A stretch of DNA of 64,000 nucleotides from an uncultured Spirochaetaceae bacterium (GTDB lineage: Bacteria; Spirochaetota; Spirochaetia; SZUA-6; DRHE01), in contig CAYMGP010000001.1 of NCBI GenBank assembly GCA_964390045.1, forward strand, positions 28,748 to 92,747. Reading direction: 5' to 3'. Position numbers and translations under genes: made by a program. Positions 18,144 through 26,133 of the stretch are shown here, piece by piece (within the stretch, counting starts at the first letter, position 1; every line of letters starts with the position of its first letter). The notes below the pieces were generated by a model. That model was given only the letters and a program-made list of their open reading frames with translations. It searched no databases and was not told the DNA's origin.

Positions 18144-18820
18144 GTCTCTGCCACCAAGTTTACAGGAGAAGCATCCAGACCTTTCCACCGCAGCGGAAAA
18201 GCGTAGATCCGCTTGATCCGCTTGCCAACGATCTTTCCCAGGTTGACATCCTCGTAGATCAACAGGGGCCTCGTGTCGTACAGCTCTCCGCTGAGAAGCG
18301 TTTTGTGTACCACGAAATCCTTCTGCGGTCCTTGCAGGGGATTCTCGATGCTAAGAGTGTCAATGGCCAGCGCTTTCAAGTCGGGAAAGTTGGTTCTGAG
18401 AAAGCGTGCCGCCTCTTCGCTCAGTGCCGGAAAATTGTCGCAATAGCGTTCCTTGTCTTCCCGCTTTTTCCAGTAACCGCTTTCCAGAAGCACGATGTCG
18501 CAGCTCTCCAGCTCGGTCGAGTGGCTCTGTATATCAGGCAACGTGAACAGCTCGCCCTTGCCTAGTTGCTTTTCAATCAACAGCGGCCGTTCGTATACGA
18601 AATTTTCTATAGGAAGCTGATCTATCGTCAACCCCCCGTTCCAGAAGTGAAACGGTGCGTCTACGTGTGTTCCGCTGTGTAGATAATGGTGGATAATCGT
18701 TGTGTTTGCCTCTCCCCCCCGGCTCATACGAGAATGGGGAACTACCCTATCCTCGGGGCTCCCAGGAAAGACGGGCATCTTTTCGTGTAGCTCGTATCCC
18801 AGTTCAATAAACATCGTCAT
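18140..18820 (-). CDS. cyclase-family protein (second paralog)
   Basis: 226 aa, with the HSGTHVDAPFH motif. Confidence 0.75.
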   Translation of the reverse strand: MTMFIELGYELHEKMPVFPGSPEDRVVPHSRMSRGGEANTTIIHHYLHSGTHVDAPFHFWNGGLTIDQLPIENFVYERPLLIEKQLGKGELFTLPDIQSHSTELESCDIVLLESGYWKKREDKERYCDNFPALSEEAARFLRTNFPDLKALAIDTLSIENPLQGPQKDFVVHKTLLSGELYDTRPLLIYEDVNLGKIVGKRIKRIYAFPLRWKGLDASPVNLVAET

Positions 18821-18841
18821 TCCTCAATCTGTTGGATCGAA

Positions 18842-19708
18842 TCAATACTTCAAATACGAAAGGGACTGCCGTGTCTTCTTGAGCTTATCCCAAGACGGCG
18901 ATCCCTGTCGTAAGCTAATCGAAACGAACAGGGTTTCAATAATCGCCAGCTGCACAATCCGAGTGACCAGCGCGTCTGTTAAATAATTCATCTCTTCGGT
19001 GACCGTAGTAATACACACGTCAGCGATGCTTCCCAAGGGGCTGTTGGCGAAACCTGTCAGTGCAATCACTTTTGCAGGAGGACGGGCGTTTTCCACGGGA
19101 ATTACCACATCTTTGCTTTCTCCCGAATAGGAGATACAGAAAATAACATCACCTTCTCGCGGATCAGAAAGAGTGACTGCATTTATATGGGAATCCATGC
19201 AGAAGTAGCAGGGCAATCCGATCCTTGTGAACTTGAAAAAGGCATCATATGCGATGGCCCCGGAGGATGCGTATCCGAGGAAGATAATTCGCTTGGCTCC
19301 TTCGATCAGTTCGACCGCTCTCTGCAGGGTTTCATCTTTTACAGCCACCAGATTCTCATGGAGCGTCTGCACTGCTCCATGAAAAATCTTTTTCTTGATA
19401 TCTTTGATCTCGTCCTGCACGGTGATGTCTTCGTAGGTATGATAAAAGGAGGTTCCGGCCAACTCCGTGGCCAAAGTTACCTTGAAGTCGTGATATCCCG
19501 AAAAACCGAGAGTTTTATAAAACTTCACGATAGAGGATTCGCTGCGAACTCCCGTTTGTCCGGCCAGTTGGGTAATCGACATCTTGATCACATCGTATGG
19601 GCTGCCGATCACGTATTTGGCAATCCGTCGTTGAAGAGGCGTCATATTGACTGACTTCCGCCGAATGACGTTCAATACAGGCACCGCTTCCAAGGAGTTG
19701 ACTACCAT
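18842..19708 (-). CDS. MurR/RpiR-family transcriptional regulator (HTH + SIS domain)
   Basis: 288 aa. N-terminal RpiR-type HTH (TPLQRRIAKYVIGSPYDVIKMSITQLAGQTGVRSESSIVKF) and a C-terminal SIS phosphosugar-binding domain (IIFLGYASSGAIA, FCISYSGESKD). Confidence 0.85.
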   Translation of the reverse strand: MVVNSLEAVPVLNVIRRKSVNMTPLQRRIAKYVIGSPYDVIKMSITQLAGQTGVRSESSIVKFYKTLGFSGYHDFKVTLATELAGTSFYHTYEDITVQDEIKDIKKKIFHGAVQTLHENLVAVKDETLQRAVELIEGAKRIIFLGYASSGAIAYDAFFKFTRIGLPCYFCMDSHINAVTLSDPREGDVIFCISYSGESKDVVIPVENARPPAKVIALTGFANSPLGSIADVCITTVTEEMNYLTDALVTRIVQLAIIETLFVSISLRQGSPSWDKLKKTRQSLSYLKY

Positions 19709-19977
19709 AATCGATTCACCCAGAAATAGTAAAAAATTAAAAAAATAATTTTGTTAATTTTAGCGGAATAAACCCTCTTTGTCAAGAAAAATTTTTGTAT
19801 TTGTCAGCTTAACAGTATTCTATGCTTCTTGTCGCGACTTCTCCCACCGGGAATAAGGGGTGACAAACTACGGTCTTTCGGGTGTTGCATCAATGGGTGA
19901 CAGATATCTAACAATGAACGTGATTTTCAAAGGTATGCTATAATTATGGTTTAAGCAATTTTTGAAGGAGGAAGCGA

Positions 19978-20253
19978 ATGACGGTAAAAGAAGAAAAATT
20001 GGAAAAAGCAAGGAAAATCGCACTGAAAAAGATGGATTTCATCCGCCACTTCTTGATCTACATCGTGGTCATGGCCGTCCTGGCGGTCATCAACAACACC
20101 ACCTGGTCGGGATATCAGTGGTGGTTGTGGCCGGCTCTCGGTTGGGGAATCGGGGTGGTGGCTCATTTCCTCAGCGCATTCATCTATCAGGGCGGCAGTC
20201 TCGAAAAACGGCTGGTCGAGCGGGAACTGGAGAAGATGAAAGATGAGGAGTAA
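19978..20253 (+). CDS. 2TM domain-containing membrane protein
   Basis: 91 aa. GGAGG RBS. Matches the 2TM-family consensus (FIRHFLIYIVVMAVLAVIN ... WWLWPALGWGIGVVAHF). Confidence 0.65.
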   Translation: MTVKEEKLEKARKIALKKMDFIRHFLIYIVVMAVLAVINNTTWSGYQWWLWPALGWGIGVVAHFLSAFIYQGGSLEKRLVERELEKMKDEE

Positions 20254-21139
20254 GAGGACCTGGATCGATATCCTTGCTCCCGTATTCGGGGTGCTGACCG
20301 TTGTCCTGGTCGTGTATTCCCTTGTGCATCTTCTCTGGCTCGAACCGTTCTACCGCGGGGAGAGCTATGGTCTGTCCCGGGGCGAGCGGCGGGGCTTTGA
20401 TGTTGGACCTGGTTGGCAAAGTCAGGAGGCGAGGGAGCGTTTCGAGGGCGCATTCAGCGATCTGGAGATTAAAAACATTTCAGGCCCCGTCAACATAGAG
20501 GGTTGGAACCAGGATTCCGTCGAAGTTCACTACATCAAAAAGGCGCGTAGCGCCAAGTACCTGGAAGAGTTCGAGATTGAGATCGAAGAGCGGGGCAATA
20601 CTCTCTTCGTCCGTCCCCGGTACCGCAAGATTCCCGGATCTCCCTTCGGGTCTGTGTCCTTCGACGTGAAAGTGCCGGCTTCCATAAAAGAGATCACCGC
20701 TAGCAACGTTTCCGGAACAATTAATCTCGAAAACCTGGCAGCCTCCGTCGATCAGGTGCTGGAAACGGTTTCCGGACGGATCTCGACTGAGCTCTCGGGT
20801 AACTTGCGGGCAAAATCGGTCAGCGGCTCGATAAGCTTCGCTTCCACGGGCCGCCTCCTCGATATCCGTTCCACCTCGGGCAGGATTCGCGGAGAAATAC
20901 TCGCTCTGGACCCGAGCGGCTCCGTTGAAATCGAGACCATATCCGGGGGTGTCGATCTGCAAGCCTTCCCCGGACTGGATGCATCGCTGCGCCTTCAGTC
21001 TGTGAGCGGCTCGATCTCCTGCGACTTTCCCGTTCAGATCAGGGAGCAGAAACGAAACCGCCTCGACGGGGATATCGGAAAGGGTTCGGTCCCCTTCCGG
21101 GTGCAAACGGTCAGCGGCCGCATCCATCTGCACGAGTGA
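20243..21139 (+). CDS. DUF4097-family protein (LiaG-like putative beta-helical envelope protein)
   Basis: 298 aa. N-terminal TM segment, then degenerate SG(S/R)I repeats (VSGSISFAS, TSGRIRGE, ISGGVDLQ, VSGSISCD, VSGRIHLH) typical of DUF4097. Overlaps the 2TM gene by 11 bp. Confidence 0.55.
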   Translation: MRSKRTWIDILAPVFGVLTVVLVVYSLVHLLWLEPFYRGESYGLSRGERRGFDVGPGWQSQEARERFEGAFSDLEIKNISGPVNIEGWNQDSVEVHYIKKARSAKYLEEFEIEIEERGNTLFVRPRYRKIPGSPFGSVSFDVKVPASIKEITASNVSGTINLENLAASVDQVLETVSGRISTELSGNLRAKSVSGSISFASTGRLLDIRSTSGRIRGEILALDPSGSVEIETISGGVDLQAFPGLDASLRLQSVSGSISCDFPVQIREQKRNRLDGDIGKGSVPFRVQTVSGRIHLHE

Positions 21140-21346
21140 CTCCGCACCGGTGTAGGTTCGCCAGAAGTAAGGATTCGTCCATTTTTTCCCGTAGGTGAGC
21201 GTTTTTTCTGAGTTTTCCGTCGCTGAGCGCTTATTCCGCTAATATATATTCTTTTCATTCGCAGGGCACATCGCGGGTAGATCGGCAGAATCTTAGCACA
21301 TCAACGTGGATCTGGGGAATCTGTTGCTTCGGACGAGAAATTTTGC

Positions 21347-21649
21347 TTATTGTCCTGTCATTACGATCGTATAATCTATAGAGTAACCTTCATAACTTTC
21401 AACGACAAAATATCCCTTGTCTCCCGCAGTTGTATCCATCGTATACGTAAGGGATGATGAACCACCGCCTATCCAGAAATAGTTGCCGCCATATTTATCA
21501 TAGAACCCGAGATCGAGATCTCCTGAAGGAATCCAATCCATATCAAATTCTATGCTGCTGGCGGTGCCGGCATATCCGATATAATAGTCCTCATCTCCAG
21601 CTCCGACGGTACCTTCAATCGTGATTACACAGCCCGGAGCGGATCGCAT
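21347..21649 (-). CDS. orphan 100-aa ORF resembling a bacterial pre-peptidase C-terminal (PPC) domain; possibly a gene remnant
   Basis: No signal peptide. The sequence (DLDLGFYDKYGG..., YTMDTTAGDKGYFVVESYEGYSIDYTIV) follows the PPC-domain pattern (D.DL.LYD ... GtYyi.V.gy.g.g.Y.l). It is isolated between convergent operons. Confidence 0.3.
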   Translation of the reverse strand: MRSAPGCVITIEGTVGAGDEDYYIGYAGTASSIEFDMDWIPSGDLDLGFYDKYGGNYFWIGGGSSSLTYTMDTTAGDKGYFVVESYEGYSIDYTIVMTGQ

Positions 21650-21741
21650 ATAGGTGTAATGGGGATTACCTCTTACGGGGGCTCACGGAGGACTCGGTAC
21701 GAGCAATCTACAACTATACTACAGCCTGTAACGTTATCCTG

Positions 21742-22761
21742 CTACAACCGCCGACACGATCCCCGATCAATGAGCTGTTGTTTTACCTTCAGTACCCGCA
21801 GGTCCTGGATGTCATCATGAAGTAGATTGATAATGAGGTCTCCTGCCAGGTTGCCCAATAGGGCGGTGTTGATGCTCAAGGTTGTAATTTGGGGGGTAAA
21901 CGTTTCGCTGTACGAGAGTGTATCCCCTGGAGCTATTATTGAAACATCTTCAGGCACGGAAAGGCCCATTTTTGAAAGCACGTAGATAATCCTGGCTGCT
22001 ATATAATCATCATGCGCGAAAATCGCGGTTGGTCGCTCTTCCGATTTGAAGGGGACGGTAAGTCTATCTTCCAATTGGATGAGATCGAGTACGTCGCTGA
22101 TCGTTATCCTGGAGCTGGGTGAAAACGGGATGTCGTGCTCGTCTACTGCTTTCTTGAATCCGATATACCGATCGGCAACAACGGTGGGGACGTCGGTGCG
22201 CTGATATTCCACATAAATAATTTTCTTGTGTCCGAGTTCGATAAGGTGCATCGCCCCTTCATAGGCTCCCTGGAAATCATCGACACAGACAGTGTGAAAC
22301 CGGTTTTGTACATTGCTGTTGTTGATGATCACCACCGGGACTCCGATCTCCTCGAGCATTTCAAAGAGGTGTTCGTTGATGTAATGAATCGTGCACACGC
22401 CTGCTGCTCCGGATGCGAGTATTTTCCGAAAAAGCTCCTCCGTATCTACCTGGAGATTGATGTCCATCAAAAGGGGAAAATAGGACGCCTTGAAGAACAC
22501 CGATTCCAGTTCGGTGATAAACGGCTTGATAAACAACCACTCGTAGTCCCAGGAAAGGTAGTTGAGAACAGCAATGTATTTAAAACTTTTTTTGCCGGAA
22601 GAAGAAGTGTACTGCTTTTTGCGGTAACCGGTTTTCCAGGCAGCTTCGAGGACTCTGCTCGTTACTTCTGCGGAAATTTTTCCTTTCCCCGAAAGCACCA
22701 TTGATGCAGTAGTTATGGATACTCCCGCTTCTTTTGCTACGGCTTTTAATGTCGGTTTCAT
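21742..22761 (-). CDS. LacI-family transcriptional regulator
   Basis: 339 aa. N-terminal LacI HTH (PTLKAVAKEAGVSITTASMVLSG) and a periplasmic-binding-protein-like sugar-binding domain. Confidence 0.85.
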   Translation of the reverse strand: MKPTLKAVAKEAGVSITTASMVLSGKGKISAEVTSRVLEAAWKTGYRKKQYTSSSGKKSFKYIAVLNYLSWDYEWLFIKPFITELESVFFKASYFPLLMDINLQVDTEELFRKILASGAAGVCTIHYINEHLFEMLEEIGVPVVIINNSNVQNRFHTVCVDDFQGAYEGAMHLIELGHKKIIYVEYQRTDVPTVVADRYIGFKKAVDEHDIPFSPSSRITISDVLDLIQLEDRLTVPFKSEERPTAIFAHDDYIAARIIYVLSKMGLSVPEDVSIIAPGDTLSYSETFTPQITTLSINTALLGNLAGDLIINLLHDDIQDLRVLKVKQQLIDRGSCRRL

Positions 22762-22886
22762 GGTGCTGTATTCAGATAGTATCGAAATATTACGATTAGT
22801 GGATTTAAATAGAAATTAAACTCATGTCGATCAGTTGTGTCAATCAGAAAAACCTCCACCGACGACATTATTTTATTGAAAAATCT

Positions 22887-22898
22887 TTGTAATTACAA
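22887..22898. promoter_or_regulatory. perfect 12-bp palindrome TTGTAATTACAA, candidate LacI-family operator
   Basis: A self-complementary sequence in the divergent lacI / ABC-operon intergenic region. It resembles LacI/CcpA-type TGTAA..TTACA operators. Confidence 0.45.
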
Positions 22899-22929
22899 TT
22901 AAAAAAACTATTAATTTCATTAAAATTCG

Positions 22930-22957
22930 TTGACAATTGACTGATTCATGCTAAAAT
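22930..22957 (+). promoter_or_regulatory. sigma-70-type promoter for the CUT1 ABC transporter operon
   Basis: TTGACA (22930-22935), 16-nt spacer, TAAAAT (22952-22957). About 35 nt upstream of the GGAGG RBS and the ATG at 22993. Confidence 0.55.
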
Positions 22958-22992
22958 ATTTAGCAAATTTATAACCAAAATAGGGAGGAGTT

Positions 22993-24306
22993 ATGAAAAA
23001 AAATGTTCTCCGTAAATTAGTACTGGTTGTTGCCCTTCTGCTGGTAGGGGGGCTGCTGTTCGCAGGCGGAACTCAGGAAGGAGCAGCAAAAGAATCAGGC
23101 GCTGCCGCACAGAAAATGGAAGGTGAGATCAAAATCGCTCACGACAACCCTGAATGGCAATCCATCTGGGAAACGTTCGGCGAAGCTTCGAAAGAAGATA
23201 TCGGTATCGAAGCAATACCTGTCGAGTTCGAGACCCAGGTGTATAAATCCAGAGTCAAAGTTGATCTCGGCTCAAACCGTGCACCGGCAGTATTCAAATG
23301 GTGGTTTGGATACCGAGCCCAGGAACTCCTAGAAGCTGATCTGATTTTAGATTTAAGCGATGTGTGGGCGGAAGTAGAAGACAATTTTGCCCCCGGATTG
23401 AAAGATGCGCTTACATTTAACGGAGTTCCATATGGTTTCCCGTTTAACACCGGATACTGGGTGTGGTACTATTCAAAGGCAGCATACGATAAGATGGGTT
23501 TTGAACCTCCTGAAACCTGGGAAGATTTCGAAGAACAACTTGCCGCATTTAAAGATGCGGGGATCAGCGGAATCGGTAATACTATTGGGAATTCAAGATG
23601 GACTTCTTTTATCGTTATTCAAGAGATCCTCTACCGACTCGACGCTCAGTTCTATAGCGATCTGGTCAACGGCAAAGCCCATTACACCGACGACACCATG
23701 GTTCAGGCGATGGAAATCTGGAAATCCTGGTTGGATAAAGGATATTTTGCGCCAATGGATGCCACTTACGTAGAAGACCTGCCCCGGATGCTCAAAGATG
23801 GAAGTCTGGCCATGGCTCCTTTCGGAGATTGGTACGGCGGAATCCTCCAGCAGCAGGGACTGAAACCAGTAGAAGACTATGGGGTTATGATTCCTCCCGC
23901 AGCTACGGAAAAAGGCAAAGGAGCTATTATTCTCGAAGTAGCTCCGCTGTGTGTTGGGAAAAATACACCTAATCCTGAACTGGCAAAAGAATGGTTGAAG
24001 TGGTATGCCAGCTCTGACAGCGCCGCGGACATTCTTTGGGGGAAGCTGCGGTTTGCATCTACGCTCAATGTGACCATGGACATGATCAAACAGGACGATC
24101 CAATTCTAGCAAAAGAATATCAGATGCTCGAGGATTATCCCACTAAATTGGTTCGCTACTGGGAAGCGACTCCGGTTGAAATCGTTGAACATGCAGTTGA
24201 TGAGTTCAATACCATGTTGGTAGAACCGGATAAGTACATGGAGATAATTGAAAGTATCGAGGCCAAGGCCAAAGAAACCTGGCCGAACTACGGTGTAGAT
24301 TACTAA
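22993..24306 (+). CDS. extracellular solute-binding protein, ABC transporter family 1 (carbohydrate)
   Basis: 437 aa. Signal peptide/lipobox-like N-terminus (MKKNVLRKLVLVVALLLVGGLLFAGG) and an SBP_bac_1 fold. Confidence 0.85.
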   Translation: MKKNVLRKLVLVVALLLVGGLLFAGGTQEGAAKESGAAAQKMEGEIKIAHDNPEWQSIWETFGEASKEDIGIEAIPVEFETQVYKSRVKVDLGSNRAPAVFKWWFGYRAQELLEADLILDLSDVWAEVEDNFAPGLKDALTFNGVPYGFPFNTGYWVWYYSKAAYDKMGFEPPETWEDFEEQLAAFKDAGISGIGNTIGNSRWTSFIVIQEILYRLDAQFYSDLVNGKAHYTDDTMVQAMEIWKSWLDKGYFAPMDATYVEDLPRMLKDGSLAMAPFGDWYGGILQQQGLKPVEDYGVMIPPAATEKGKGAIILEVAPLCVGKNTPNPELAKEWLKWYASSDSAADILWGKLRFASTLNVTMDMIKQDDPILAKEYQMLEDYPTKLVRYWEATPVEIVEHAVDEFNTMLVEPDKYMEIIESIEAKAKETWPNYGVDY

Positions 24307-24322
24307 GACACTAATAATAAAT

Positions 24323-24360
24323 GCCGGGGTAATCGTTGTTTTACCCCGGCTGTTTTTTTT
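24323..24360 (+). terminator. rho-independent terminator/attenuator after the binding-protein gene
   Basis: 10-bp stem GCCGGGGTAA / TTACCCCGGC with an 8-nt loop, followed by TGTTTTTTTT. Confidence 0.7.
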
Positions 24361-24376
24361 GTAAACCAATTGTGGT

Positions 24377-25252
24377 ATGACGAAACGAACAATCAGAAGA
24401 GATAATCCATACCTGTTCCTCATTCCGGCGCTTATCCTGGTAGCACTGGCCGAGCTGGTACCAGTGGTCTACACCACCTATCTCGGATTTATGAAGTGGG
24501 ATTTGATAAATCCGCCGGAGTGGACGGGGCTTAAGAACTATATTGAAGTATTTTCAACTCCCGAACTCTTGAATGCATTGAAGAACACTGTGTTCTGGGT
24601 GGTGGGAACCCTGATATTTCCGGTTGGCCTAGCCCTGTTTATTGCGGTGATGATTAGTCGGATACGTATGCAGACCGTTTACAAGGTGGTTTTCTTTATC
24701 CCCTCTACCCTTTCCCCAACCATAGCGGGAATTTTCTGGCAGCGGGTACTGGCCAGTCAGAAAGGGGCGATCAATGCAATTTTGGTAGCTCTCGGGATGG
24801 AATCTCAAGCTTTGATTACCAACCCGGAGATCAACACCATTTTGATGATCGGGGTGTGGACCTGGCAATTTTTGGGGCTTAATCTGATCCTGTTTTTGGT
24901 CGGGCTTGAGACCATCCCCAAAGAGCCGATTGAAGCGGCCAGGATCGATGGCGCTTCACCCTGGCAGGTATTCACTAATGTGACATTTCCCCTGCTTACA
25001 CCGATCACCCTGTTGGTAGTGGCGAACTCAATTATCAATACGGTGCGTATGTTCGATATCCCCTGGATCATAATCCAGGGGGGACCGGGGAGAGCATCAG
25101 AGACACTGGCCATATCGCTATACAGGGAATCATTTCTACTCTTTAATATGGGGTTGGGTTCTGCCATTGCAGTCATCATTTCCATTATTACCCTTGCCCT
25201 CACCTACCGATACTTGGTGTCCACCGGACAATCTCAGAAGAGGAAGAAATAG
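24377..25252 (+). CDS. carbohydrate ABC transporter permease (MalF/UgpA-like)
   Basis: 291 aa. Six TM helices and an EAA-type loop (IEAARIDGASPWQVFTNVTFP). Confidence 0.85.
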   Translation: MTKRTIRRDNPYLFLIPALILVALAELVPVVYTTYLGFMKWDLINPPEWTGLKNYIEVFSTPELLNALKNTVFWVVGTLIFPVGLALFIAVMISRIRMQTVYKVVFFIPSTLSPTIAGIFWQRVLASQKGAINAILVALGMESQALITNPEINTILMIGVWTWQFLGLNLILFLVGLETIPKEPIEAARIDGASPWQVFTNVTFPLLTPITLLVVANSIINTVRMFDIPWIIIQGGPGRASETLAISLYRESFLLFNMGLGSAIAVIISIITLALTYRYLVSTGQSQKRKK

Positions 25253-25254
25253 TC

Positions 25255-26091
25255 ATGAGCCGGACGGCATCAAAATCGATTATCTATATCGTCTTGACTA
25301 TTTTTGCTTTGGTGTGGGTGTTCCCTTTAGTTACAACCTTCTTAACGATAATAAAAAGTCCGGACAGTTTTTCAGAACTGACCTTCTGGCAGCTGCCGAA
25401 ACTGAACAGCATTCCTCAAAACTTAAGATTCAACTTTGGGTATGCTCTGGAGAAGGCAAAAATCGCCATTGACCTGTTTAACAGTCTATTTTACGCGGTT
25501 ATTGCGGGGATTGGGTCTGCCTTTATTGCGGCTCTGGCTTCTTACGCTCTTGTGTTTTTAAACCTGAAGCGGCCCCAATCCTGGTTTATCGGGATTTTTA
25601 TCGGAAATCTTTTTCCCTTTCAGATGTTCCTTATCCCCCTCTATCTCTTTCTCAATTCGTTGGGGCTCTTTGATACAAGACTGGGGCTTACCATGGTCTA
25701 TGTAGGTATCTGTGTTCCATTTGCTTTGTTTGTATATCGCAATTACGCCTACACCATTCCGCAGGAAATTTTCGATGCTTCCAAAGTTGACGGAGCCTCC
25801 ACCTGGGGCGCATTTTTCAGGATATTTCTTCCCATGTCCGTACCCGCGTTCACCGTTGTGTTTATTTTTCAATTTATCTGGACCTGGAACGATCTCCTCT
25901 TCGGCCTGGTCCTCTCCGAACGATTCCGGCCGGTCATGACCGCACTGTCCAAGCTGATCGGAAGCAGGGGAGGAGTGCCGGCGACAGTTTATATCGCCGG
26001 TGCAGTATTTGCTGCAATTCCTACGGTGATAATCCTGCTGACCCTGCAGAAGCAGTTTGTTAGAGGATTTACCATTACCGCGGAGAAATAG
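25255..26091 (+). CDS. carbohydrate ABC transporter permease (MalG/UgpE-like)
   Basis: 278 aa, with an EAA loop (FDASKVDGASTWGAFFRIFLP). Confidence 0.85.
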   Translation: MSRTASKSIIYIVLTIFALVWVFPLVTTFLTIIKSPDSFSELTFWQLPKLNSIPQNLRFNFGYALEKAKIAIDLFNSLFYAVIAGIGSAFIAALASYALVFLNLKRPQSWFIGIFIGNLFPFQMFLIPLYLFLNSLGLFDTRLGLTMVYVGICVPFALFVYRNYAYTIPQEIFDASKVDGASTWGAFFRIFLPMSVPAFTVVFIFQFIWTWNDLLFGLVLSERFRPVMTALSKLIGSRGGVPATVYIAGAVFAAIPTVIILLTLQKQFVRGFTITAEK

Positions 26092-26133
26092 AACTCGATT
26101 TAGATGAAGCATGACAGAATGGAGGAGTAAACA

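Noticed and set aside
21727-21736. TGTAACGTTA LacI-like half-palindrome just downstream of the lacI stop
   Set aside because: Only a 10/12 match to a palindrome, and it lies 3' of the regulator gene rather than in a promoter. Noted inside the CUT1 finding but not called as a feature.
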